From positions 33,924,304 to 33,988,303 of the forward strand of contig NC_092671.1 in NCBI RefSeq assembly GCF_964355755.1: a stretch of 64,000 bases of DNA, in the 5' to 3' direction. Both the position numbers and the translations under genes were made by a program. The notes under the pieces are model-generated. The model saw only the letters and a program-made list of their open reading frames with translations, was not told the DNA's origin and searched no databases. Below, one piece after another: positions 11,999-23,800 of this stretch. This DNA comes from Antedon mediterranea. Lineage: Eukaryota; Animalia; Echinodermata. Position 1 is the stretch's first letter. Each line of letters starts with the position of its first letter.

Positions 11999-13462
11999 CC
12001 CGGGCCTAGATAGATTAATTAGTGATCCGTAGTAGTGGGCTAACACCTTTGGCTCTACTACGAGGCCTTTTTATGCTCATAGGATAGCTTTTTTGCGGCG
12101 TACCTAATCTAGGCCTATGCCTATCTAGGCCAGATTTCCCATTCTCGCAGGACTATAGCCTATGCTCTAGTAGTGGGGCTAGTGGGTGTACCCTGGTCGA
12201 CTCGTACCCATGCCAACTCGTACTTAACTTCCTACCCACCCCCTCATACCACCCAAATAATTGGTTGATTTCACGCTAGTAGGCCTAGCCTAGCTACGAT
12301 ATTCATTATGCCCTGCTAAAAAGGTAGATGAGCTACTAAACTAATTACGTAATTCGTACAATAATTGACTAGGCCTAGGCCTTTCGTGCATGGCAATACC
12401 ATAACCTGTGCTACTATACTATTCTGGTTGCCGAGTGGATTTTATATTGAATATAGCCTATAACGTTACAAATTGTCTCCAGATAGGAACCTAATGACAG
12501 CGATATCGTGTATTAAAAGTACTTAATACAGTCAGATAGGTCTCTGGTAGACTGTCAATAGTCTTCCACGTTGAATGTACTAACAGCTACAGAATCGGGT
12601 GCAAACAGGGGTGTTTTCCGATCGTGGTATACACTGTCTAATGGATGTCAATCTTGAAAAATACCCGCAACAAAAATTCGAGGAGGCTTCGCATTTTCCT
12701 ATCTCCTCCTACGATAATTGTTTTTAATAGCTGAAAACCGGTTGAACAGCTCGAGTACAGTATCATGATGTTGAAGACAGGCCGATTTTCTTAAAAAAAT
12801 ACTATTTTGATAGATTTAATATACGTTTATACAAATGTATTGATTTGCGATGAATGGAACATTCCAATCTCTGTTCCACAAGTGTCTATTCCCTCAGGCG
12901 TCGTAAAGGAAAGTACTGTATACTCATAACAGAAATTCGATCCATTTTTTTTTCAATCTGTGCTGCAGAGGTTGGATATAATTTTTTTTTTTACGGATAA
13001 TGAGCTGGTGCTAGCGTTTTCAGTCGCCGTATATTATGTACAAATCTTTATTATTGCAGTTAAACCACCCATATCATCACCCTTCCCTCACTGGCATGAG
13101 TAGCGTTGTAAAGCCATAGTAGAGCCTGATAGGCCTACGGTGCATCATATGCCCTAAACGCAAAACAACTTTGGTGGGTAGGGTAGGAACCAACTTAAGT
13201 ATGAATTGGCTCTAAGAAACAATTGAAAACCAACAATTGGTCTCATTTTGTGACAAGTTTCTCTTTCGGAAGTAATTCCCAGGGTGCTAATTTTAGTTGA
13301 GTACATAAATCAGTGTCTATTTATTTGTTTCTGTAAACGACATGTATTATTGTACGTACATTTGAAATTGTCAGTTTTTTAACGCTGAAATTATTATGTA
13401 TTCGAGAACCATCTGTGGGCACGACCTAGATGGTACGCGAGCGAAGCGAGCGTACCATCTAG

Positions 13463-13725
13463 TACAATCATAATTAACTATAAAATTACACAGCAGAGAA
13501 TGGGAACTATGAGTGCTCACAACATGGTCTAACCAAATTGTGGTACTGTAAGCATCACTAAAATAAGTAAACGTATCTGAGTATTGACCAAAGTATTCCA
13601 AATCAGATAATAACCAAGTTATACTCAGTCAAACTCTTCAACAATACTTTCAATTTTACCTAAATATTGTAAATATTCACCAAAGTTGTCGTCGCATTCA
13701 TAGGGTAAGTACAGGTTAACAAATA
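13463..13725 (-). mobile_element. LINE ORF2 piece 3 (APE endonuclease)
   Basis: FVNLYLPYECDDNFGEYLQYLGKIESIVEE and FTYFSDAYSTTIWLDHVVST motifs. Confidence 0.85.
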
Positions 13726-13750
13726 CACCCGATTCTGTAGCTGTTAGTAC

Positions 13751-16700
13751 TAGCAGGGTTGCTAACTTCCATTTTTTATGAAGATTGTGCATTTTGTAAC
13801 AAAAGCACCAAATTTGGCACAAACCTTCTTTAGGGTATATCTAACAATCCTAGAAGGGGTGCCCACAAATCGGAACAATTTAACGACGTCATTTGGACCA
13901 CGCCCTTTTTTTAGTATTACGTAATTAGGTGAAAACTTAATTCTTCGTATATACATACCAAGTTTGGTATCAAATTAAAACTCATGACATGTACATTACA
14001 ATACACGCATAAAAAAATATATGATTTCTCTTCAGACGGAATATATAGGTCAAATAATGTCATTTTCTGTCATATTGAAGGGGATTTCAATCAAATATTG
14101 AGCTATGTTATGAACATTGTAGTTATAAGAACAACAACATTCATTTTTGTAATAGAACTACTAATATATATTTATCCTGTATCAGTTACTTTCCTTTAAC
14201 ATAATATTAGGAACCACTGAAAAAAAGTATATAAAACATATACTGTATCAAACTTGGCTCAATAATCACTGGACTAAGTAAACAGACTGACAATTATGGC
14301 GTTAGCATCCATAACAATACATGGAGGTGATTATCAACTTTACTTTATGAAATTATTTATCTGGAAACAAACACTTAAAATGGTACAGAGTTGCTAGATG
14401 ACGAACAAGTTCCACGGCATGGGTAACAAAGACCAGTGCAATAAAGACCTGCTGAACGGCACTTGCAGTTCCCTGAGCAATGCAGGCAACCCATTCCTCG
14501 ATAATTGTTCAAAACGTCTGGCCTTGGATGCTCGAGATTGTGCCAATGAAAGTGCAGTAGTGACAGTTCGTACAATTCAGGATGTAGGTACTCTACCCAG
14601 TACCAAAAATATTTCAAGGAAGTTATTCTCGACAGAAGTGTTGCAATTCAACAAGCCATCCAACAGAATAAGCTGCCGTTGTTCAACACACCATGATCAA
14701 AATCAGTGTCCAAAACAAAGCAACAAGTTAAGAGTTTAAAAAGTGACTGCAGCCTATTCAGTCGACTGTATATTGCAAGTCAATCTCGTGATGGAGATTT
14801 GGAAGACTTCTTCATGCATGAAAACCAGCCATGGCCACCCTCTTTGGCAGTAAATGGAAAGCTTCGACTACCAACTAAGAATTCTGAGTTGCTACAGCAT
14901 TTGGAGACTGAAGGCCAGCCTGAACCTCCTACATATTTTGACGTAAAGGTGTTTGATGGAGCTGCTATTGTCCATGCTCTTTCCAGCAACCATGCATTTA
15001 CATTTGATGACTACGGTGATAAGGTGAGTACATTTCTTTGCATTCAGGATTGTATCTATTGTTTAACCACCACATAATTAGTCACTTCTATATGCGGATC
15101 GTTATTCTTGTATCATTTGTATGGCAGGTCTTTCTACCGTGGACCAGACAGCAGCTGCAGAATAGTAACAGAATTGATATAGTGTGGGACACTTACAGAA
15201 CAGATAGTCTTAAGCAGTCTACAGGAGAAAAAAGAGGAAAAGGGGTCAGGAGGAAAGTTGGGGGACAAACAAAGATTCCAGGGAATTTTTCAGACTTTCT
15301 GAAAGATCCAGTAAATAAAGAGGAGTTATTTAACTTTTTAACTACAAAGGTGTCTACCCATGATTACTCTGACTGCATCAGGTAAGTTTTATTGTGATAC
15401 ATACTAATTTATTTTGTTTGTAACCAAACGATTAATTTACTTATACAGTTTCATACCAATAGTTAATTAAAAAGGCATATTAAATTAGTAAGTAATTCTT
15501 GATATAATGTCCTGTAGGCGAGTCTGTTGTATGTTGACATCTACTCAACCTATGTCAATCTGCGACCATGAAGAGGCCGACTCCAAGATGTGCATTCACA
15601 TTGATGATGCCTTAAAGAAAGGTAGCAGGGTTATTTTGGTGCGTACAGTTGATACTGATGTCATTGTTATCCTGGTTGGTATTTTCTGCAATCTAATAGC
15701 CTGTTATCCTGGTACGTGTATCTGGGTCGCATTTGGCATGGGTAAACACTTCCAATATTTTAATATAAATACAATCTGCAATAACCTAGGAGAGGATAAG
15801 TCAAGAGGGCTGCCAGTTTTTCATGCATTTACTGGGTCCGATACTACATCCCAGTTCTTCGGAAAAGCAAAACACTCCGCATGGGAGACGTGAAACTCAT
15901 TTCCAGCAGTCACAGAAGCCTTTCTTTTCATGGCACATCACCCTTTCAAATCTCTAGGAGTCAACTCATCTCAATTCCAGTTGCTAGAGGGGTTTACATG
16001 TCATCTATACGACAAGACAAGTACTTTAAGAAGTGTTACTAAGCTAAGACAAGATCTTTTTTCAAGAAAGGCACGGACAATGGACAACATTCCTCCTACA
16101 CAGGTAAGGGGAGCTTCCATATAATTGTCAATTGTCGTTTAATAATTTATTATCAGGTTCATGTTTTTCTTTCATTAAAAGGTAACACCAATCTTTAAAT
16201 TGTTTATTGCAGGATGCACTTTTACAGCATTCCAACAGATCCTTATACCAAGCAAGCATTTGGACCACCAGTCTACAGCCACAGCAGAATGCTCCATCAC
16301 CAGAAGACTTTGGTTGGACTAAAACCGGCAGTACATGGACACCAGTCTGGACAATACTACCTGAAGCATCCAAGGGAATTGCTAAAGTGTGGCTGCAAAA
16401 AGTTGCCTTTTTGCTCAGGGAACTGCAATTAGTGCCATTCAGCAGTGCACTGGTCTTGTTACCCATGCCGTGGAATTTGTTCGTCATCTAGCAACTCTGT
16501 ACCATTATAAGTGTTTGTTTCCAGATAAATAATTTCATAAAAGTAAAGTTGATTATCACCTCCATGTATTGTTATGGATGCTAACGCCATAATTGTCTGT
16601 CAAATGGTCTTTTGTCTGTTTACTTAGTCCAGTGGTTATTGAGCCAAGTTTGATACAGTATATGTTTTATATACTTTTTTTTCAGTGGTTCCTAATATTA

Positions 16701-17146
16701 TGCTAAAGAAAAGTAACTGGTACAGGATAAATATATATTAGTACTATTACAAAAATAAATGTTGTTGTTCTTATAATTACAATGTTCATAACATAGCACA
16801 ATATTGGCACGTTTTGATTGAAATACCCTTCGATATGACAGAAAATTACATTATTTGACCTATATATTCCGTCTGAAGAGAAATCATATATTTTTTATGT
16901 GTGTATTGCAATGTACATGTCATGAGTTTTAATTTGATACCAAACTTGGTATGTATATACGAAGATTTAAGTTTTCACCTAATTACGTAATACTAAAAAA
17001 AGGGCGTGGTCCAAATGACGTCTTTAAATTGTTCCGATTTTTGGGCACCCCTTCTAGGATTGTTAGATATACCCTAAAGAAGGTTTGTGCCAAATTTGGT
17101 GCTTTTGTCACAAAGTGCACAAAAAAAGTGCTAAGTTACCCTGCTA
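13751..17146 (+). mobile_element. Academ (AcademX-type) DNA transposon, internally deleted
   Basis: TAGCAGGGT...ACCCTGCTA termini, 3-bp TSD TAC, ~730-bp TIRs, internal XPG/PIN-like nuclease and Cys-rich remnants. Confidence 0.85.
14490..16509 (+). pseudogene. Academ XPG-like nuclease + CXC domain pseudogene with three introns
   Basis: Motifs VFDGAAIVH, RIDIVWDTY, CDHEEADSKM, VRTVDTDV, FHAFTGSDTTSQF, IPPTQ/DALLQH..YQASIW and CGCKK..CSGNC. GT-AG introns at 15024-15127, 15382-15517 and 16104-16212; stops and frameshifts present. Confidence 0.85.
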
Positions 17147-18196
17147 TACACTCAACGTGGAAGACTGTCGACAGTCTACCAGAGACCTATCTGACTGTAT
17201 TAAGTACTTTTAATACACGATATCGCTTTCATTAGGGGCCTATCTGGAGACAATTTGTAACGTTATAGGCTATATTCAATATAAAATCCACTCGGCAACC
17301 AGAATAGTAGCACAGGTTATGGTATTGCCATGCAAGAAAGGCCTAGGCCTAGTCAATTATTGTACGAATTACGTAATTAGTTTAGTAGCTCATCTACCTT
17401 TTTAGCAGGGCATAATGAATATCGTAGCTAGGCTAGGCCTACTAGCGTGAAATCAACCAATTATTTGGGTGGTATGAGGGGGTGGGTAGGAAGTTAGGTA
17501 CGAGTTGGCATGGGTACGAGTCGACCAGGGTACACCCACTAGTCCTACTACTAGAGCATAGGCTATAGTCCTGTGAGAATGGGAAATCTGGCCTAGATAG
17601 GCATAGGCCTAGATTAGGTACGCCGCAAAAAAGCTATCCTATGAGCATAAAAAGGCCTCGTAGTAGAGCCAAAGGTGTTAGCCCACTACTACGGATCACT
17701 AAATAATATATCTAGGGCTAGCTAGCCTAGGCCTATAGAGTTAATTTTAAATTAAGTAGGCCTAGCCTAGGCCTGGTTGCTTGGTTGCTGGGCTTCAGTA
17801 ATTTCGGTCGCATTTTCGGCCTACTTTTCAGGACATGTGAGAGGTGAGGTAGGTTAGCCCAGCTAGGCTAACCTAACCTGTAAGTAGTATTCTAGCCCAT
17901 CCATGATGCTTGATGGGTACGAGTTGGCAGCCATTGGTACGAGTTGACCCGTATTCTAGCTAGGGTGTCCTGGTCAACCCGTACCCAAACCAACCCGTAT
18001 ATGTAATATAAATATACTTTTAATAGCATTAAACATGGGTACAGGCGCGCCAGCCCATGATGAGTACGAGCCAGCCCATGATGTGCAGGAGTGGGCCAAC
18101 ATTTTGGGTATGAGTAAACCAAAATTTGGGTACGTTGTTGGCATGGGTACGTGTTGACCTGTATCCTTCTAGCTAATCTTACTAGGCCTAGAGTAG

Positions 18197-19286
18197 GGGT
18201 GTCACGAAACCTCAGACCACGAAAGCTCAGACCCCCTAAGACCTAAGATCACGAAAGCTAAGACCCAACACCTAAGATTACAAATACTAAGATATACTAC
18301 AGCTTAAAAACAATACTTGTTTATCCATACATAATTTTAAACACAGTAGGTTTCATTTATTACCATAAATATAATTTAATACTACCGCAAAACATAGATA
18401 AACTCACATTATTTTCGCCCGTTGAGTAAATGTAAATTTTTTCTTTACAACAAACAAACTTGACGGGTTGTTTGTTGGTATATATTTACTCCATTGTGTT
18501 GGTTCAGAGGATGTTTTTCTTACGCACCTGCCTTTCTTGTATTTTGACTCCAAATTTGTTGACTAACTTTATCCTGAACACCACACTTTAAAATTAGGAC
18601 TTATAAGTACTTTCAGAAGGAGAAACACATAATAACAAATAAATAAATCCTTTAAATTGATGATTTTACAGATGTGTTTCTTTGTACTGTATACTGTAAT
18701 GACAATGTAACTCCTCGAGCTCACCATGCTCAATGTTTTTGTTTCTATGGAGCGCCAAAAGAGCAACAATAATAGTACAAGTATAAAAACAGAAAGAAAA
18801 CGAAACAAAAAAACTTATCATGATTTTTTAATTAAAATTTATTTGCCAGTATTGATTTCTTCGTACTTGCATGATTATACTATTATCATTACAATTTTAA
18901 TTTTACATTGTTCCATCCACACTGTAGATGGACTCCACAGAGTTTTCAGCCCTCTATATAATTTTTGCTCTTTTGACGTTCCATAGAAACAAAAACATTG
19001 AACATGGCCCATGGCCTACTGTACTGTTCTGTAGGCTAGTCATTTTGTGTGCGAGAAAAACGTCTGTAAAATCATCAATTTAAAAATGTATTTGTTACTT
19101 TTTATGTGATTCTTTTTCATGAAAGTGCCAATTCTAAGGTGTGGTATTCAGAATAAATGTTGGGAGTTAAAATACAAGGCAGGTGCGAAAGATAAATATT
19201 TGTAATCTTAGGTGTTGGGTCTTAGCTTTCGTGATCTTAGGTCTTAGGGGGTCTGAGCTTTCGTGGTCTGAGCTTTCGTGACACCC
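18197..19286. mobile_element. MULE-like MITE
   Basis: TIR GGGTGTCACGAAA..CTCAGACC; TSD CCTAGAGTAG (10 bp, an 8-bp reading is also possible). The empty site is visible at 1683-1697. Confidence 0.85.
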
Positions 19287-19503
19287 CCTAGAGTAGAGTA
19301 GGTCTATGCTATACCCAGACCGGTTACAATAATGGTCTATTCATTCTGTTTATACTGTAGCTTTATTGATAGCTGGGTTGGGGCGGCTTTTTCTCATTCT
19401 AAAACAGATTTCCTTATCATAATAAAATAATATATGAATTTAAATGTAATATTGTATACATAATATTAGTAATTGCCATTGCATTTATTATAATTATATA
19501 TTA

Positions 19504-20820
19504 CTAGATGGTACGCTCGCTTCGCTCGCGTACCATCTAGGTCGTGCCCACAGATGGTTATCGAATACACAGTAATTTCAGGGTAAAAAATCTGGCGATT
19601 TCAAATGCACGTACCGCAGGACTATAATACAATGTCGTTTACAGAAACGAATAAGTAGACACAATGATTTATGTGGTCAACCAAAATTAGCACCCTGGGA
19701 ATTACTTCCTCAAGAGAAACTTACCACAAAATGAGTCAAAATTGTTTATTCATTTAAAGAAACCCAATTAGGGTTGAGGGATGGGAAAGAGGATAGGTAC
19801 AAAAAGGAACAATGTTTAAATATATTCTTTATCCACGTCAGTAACGAAATATTGTTTTCATTTTTTATAGGCCTATAAATAATATACCACAACGGTGACT
19901 AAATATAGTAAAACATTTGCGATTTAATACTTTGTTAAAACTGTCACTGTCATAGTCGATTGAAATAGTAAAGTACATGTAACGATACACCACTACGACG
20001 TTTATATTTTTTGTAATTATTAATTAATGCAAACGTTGAGAAGCAACTGTCAGTAATAAAGTTTATTTGTATATTACGTGTTTATATATCTAACAGTAGA
20101 GCCTACCCATATTCACAGTAATAAATTTTGCTTGTATATATTTTTTTACATCTAACAGTATTCACAGTAAGAAATGTTTGTATATATTTTTTTACATCTA
20201 ACAGTATTCACAGTAAGAAATTTTCGATTCAAATGACGACCAAAAATGGTTAATAGGTATTTGCAGTACTGTATTGTCAAAGTATTGCAAGTTTATTCTC
20301 CAAGGGCTCATAAATTTACCTACTTGTGTTAAACCAAACTGGCAGACTGAGAGATTGGAATGTTCCATTCATCGCGAATCAATACATTTGTAAAAACGTA
20401 AATTAAATCTATCAAAATAGTATTTTTAAAAGAAAATCGGCCTGTCTTCAACATTATGATGCTGTACTCGAGCAGTTCAACCGGTTTTCAGCTATTAAAA
20501 ACAATTATCGTAGAAGGAGATAGGAAAATGCGAAGCGTCCTCGTATTATTGTGTGCGGGTATTTTTCAAGTTGGACATCCATTAGACGGTATATACCACG
20601 ATCGGAAAACACCCCTATTTGAGGCAAATCGTTAGAACCTAAATTCGTTTTAATCGTCAATAACTAATTATCTAACTCAATTTAATTAGTAAACAGGGTT
20701 ACATCAGGTGGTTAAAATCAGTACCGAAAGTACGAACCAACTTTATATACCATCGAGTAAAAATTCTAGAAGTAAGGCGCGATTTACCGAATTTTGCCCT
20801 TACGTAAATTTATATATAGA
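19504..20820 (-). mobile_element. Non-autonomous Helitron, same family as 413-13462
   Basis: TC start and hairpin-CTAG end on the minus strand, inserted at an A/T junction. The empty site TATATATTA|TACGGTTACCC is visible at 1891-1910. Confidence 0.92.
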
Positions 20821-23800
20821 TACGGTTACCCCTTAATTATACTATAGTATAATTTTCTTGTTATATTTTACAATATTTTCTTCATAGTTCAACAATTTTT
20901 TCTTTCACAGGAGAAATTATCATACTGAATCATCACACACCAAGTCTCATAAATCTCTACTGTATTTCTCCAAGGTACTCCAGCTACATGGTATTGCCTT
21001 GAGGCTAAACTACAGTAAACGATATACTGGCACTACCATCATTCCTGGCCCGTCAATCTGGACCACATTACAGTATGGTCCAACACATAAGTACAGTAGT
21101 CGTACTACTGATTCAAAATAGTGAATTACACCCTGTGGTCAAGGCTTTATTTGCTCTTATGCTTATTTCCTCCAAATACAGAGTACGTAGGGCTTTCAAT
21201 TTGCTTTTATACCTGTTAATTTAAAAATCGTTTATGCCTATTGTTGCATAAAGTATCAAATTTAGATTGTAAATACTGGGATGGTCACCCTAAATTTTCT
21301 TTTTCAATTAACAATTTTATATTTCACAGCTGAAAAATGCACTAAAGCATCATATAGAGATTTTTTATTCATAACTGTTAAATTGCATCCCAATACATGG
21401 TACCTATATAAAAATACAAAGGCGGCCAACACAGATAGTTTGATATATACAGTACTCTCTTATAAATAGATGTATCTCTCCAAACTACTCCAACTACCTA
21501 ATTAGCATACTACTGTACACTTTGTAGACAAGAAATAAATTGTATCCACCTAGAGGACTTATGGTAGTACAGTCGATCGTCCTGTCACAGGCCCGGTCAA
21601 CATAATCTACACCTAGATTATTACAGTAATTAAAGTACATTATTACAGAGATTTTTTTTTTTTTGCAGAAATCAAAGTTATGTGTATAGAAAGCAGTACT
21701 CGTATTAAAAACTAAGCAGGTTATATTCTTGTACGCAAACTGGCAGGATATTTTGAATATTTTTTGTTGTTGAAATGATGGAATCCTAACTTCATTTTCC
21801 ACGAGCTGGAGAGTGACAAAGACATATTACGACCCTTTTATTTAAATTTATTTGGATAGACCTCCATCTAAATTCATTAAAGGCTATATGATTGTTTTAT
21901 ATTTTAATATGTGATAGTAGATAATCATTGTGCATAATGAAGACTATGAATCTAATATTTACTTGCATTCTCATCTTTTTAAAATTGTATTTATAATGCT
22001 GGTAATGAGTTTACTATTGAAAAAGTCATGTTTCCACTTATCTCAAATTGTGGCACACCTCTAACCTTGGTAGAACTGACTGTGTTCTACATGAGTACAT
22101 TTATTCTGCCATATAGTAGTGTTTCCACCATACTTCAACCTGGTAATTGAATAAATTTCATCGGGGTAAAATTTAAACTAATTATCACCTTTTAACATAA
22201 AGTATCCTCCTGAAACATGTTTGTACTGTACTTCATCTAATATCCATTACTTAATACTAATTTGGGTGATTTATGTCTAACTTCAGGAATGATCTGAGGC
22301 TAGAAGAACGAATTTCTGTACATATAATTTATATAAAAAATAAACCAATGTTTTCCTGATAACTTAACCCCTAGGTTGATAACTAACAAAGAAATTATTG
22401 AAATTGTGTTCTTACAATAATAATGTGTACTGTATCCACATATGCATACTGCGTTTAAAAGAAGAATGTTTTATAGTTGTTATAGGTTATTTCCAAATAT
22501 TAAAGGTCTGATATCTAACATAAACTAAATTTTATCAAACTATGTTTTCGAAAATCTTTATGATATAATAATTATAATAATATGAACATAATATTAAATT
22601 ATATTGACTATTTTTGATAATCATCATGTCCTTATAAATTCATTTTTATTTATTTTGTGGTAATATAGTTCATATATTATGTATTAAATAAATTGGTAAG
22701 GCCCTATACTGTTTATATTTAAGGAAAGTTTATATATACACTATTATTTTTATGCCTACCAATATTAGTATTAATTGTTTATGTAACTATTTTGTCTAAT
22801 TGCATTGGATGTTTGTATAGGCCAATGGCGTTAATGTTTTTCTCAAAGCAAATTAGCCTAATAATGCCATATTTAGACACATAATTCATTGATTTCTGAT
22901 ATTCTGTACTTGTGTATGCGTTACTAAAATAGTAGTTATTTTATTACTTTTATAATGTATGCATAAACATTTATTCATTTTTTTTTTACATTTTTTAATT
23001 TAAAAAATATTAAAATACTATCTACCTTTCTGTTATTGTTACTATTATAATATTTTTTGAGGCAGATTGATTTAAATAAAAAAAATTTTAATCAATTAAT
23101 TTGACTTATACTGTACTATGTTAGTTCAGGAGATGAAGTGTGTGTGGGCAGAATCTGGTGTGTTGGAGGTTGGTGATGCGAGGTGTATTTTTGTCACTTT
23201 AAGTCCTAAATTAGAAGTTTTCTGAAGAAAAGAAGTAAGAGGATAGGCTTTCAAACAACTTTCAAGAAGATTCACACAGAAATAATTACTTCCCAATAAA
23301 ATAGTATGTAACAGTGTATAACAGTACATTGAATAAACTCGAGCGGAAAAATAACACACATAAAAAAACATTCATTTTCTTGTCAAAAAGCGCCCTCTCT
23401 AGTTTTCTATTAATTTATTAATAATTATTATTAATTAATGAGTAATATAAACATATTTTTAACATGTAATGCTTGAAGCTGATTCTACTCCTAACAAAGT
23501 TTCATACCTCCAAATTTCATCAACGTATTCAAAGCACTTCAATAAATATCACATTGAACATTAAAAATTAGGGTTATGATAGAATTTTGCTTAAAAACAT
23601 ATACAAAAAACATCGATAAAAAATATTTTTCGTATTCAAAAACATTTGATACTTGGTATAAATGTTCAATATAGGTTGCTCCATCCATATTGCAAAAAAT
23701 AAATAAATATCGAGCCATATCACTGATTTTTTAAATTTACGTTTTTACAAAATGTACACTTATGAAAGATCGTACAACTCCAACGCATTTTTTAAACCTA

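Larger units (their letters stand above)
618..12601. mobile_element. Giant palindromic foldback DNA element, copy 1 (non-autonomous, 7-bp TSD)
   Basis: Termini CACCCGATTCTGTAGCTGTTAGTA...TACTAACAGCTACAGAATCGGGTG; TSD CAAATAG (611-617) / CAAACAG (12602-12608). Arm 618-~4695 is mirrored by ~4990-7940 plus 10514-12601. Confidence 0.9.
413..13462 (+). mobile_element. Non-autonomous Helitron (~1.06 kb native) carrying foldback copy 1
   Basis: Starts TCTATATA after A412 and ends in a hairpin with CTAG before T13463, with no TSD. 413-617 plus 12609-13462 match the ends of the uninterrupted relative at 19504-20820. Confidence 0.9.

Noticed and set aside
611-13725. Target-site consensus CAAATA for the foldback
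   Set aside because: Only two sites, offset by one base, in AT-rich DNA; insufficient evidence.
14490-16509. Host XPG/FEN1 repair gene
   Set aside because: It lies between long TIRs with a 3-bp TSD, is disrupted and has the Academ-type CXC tail.
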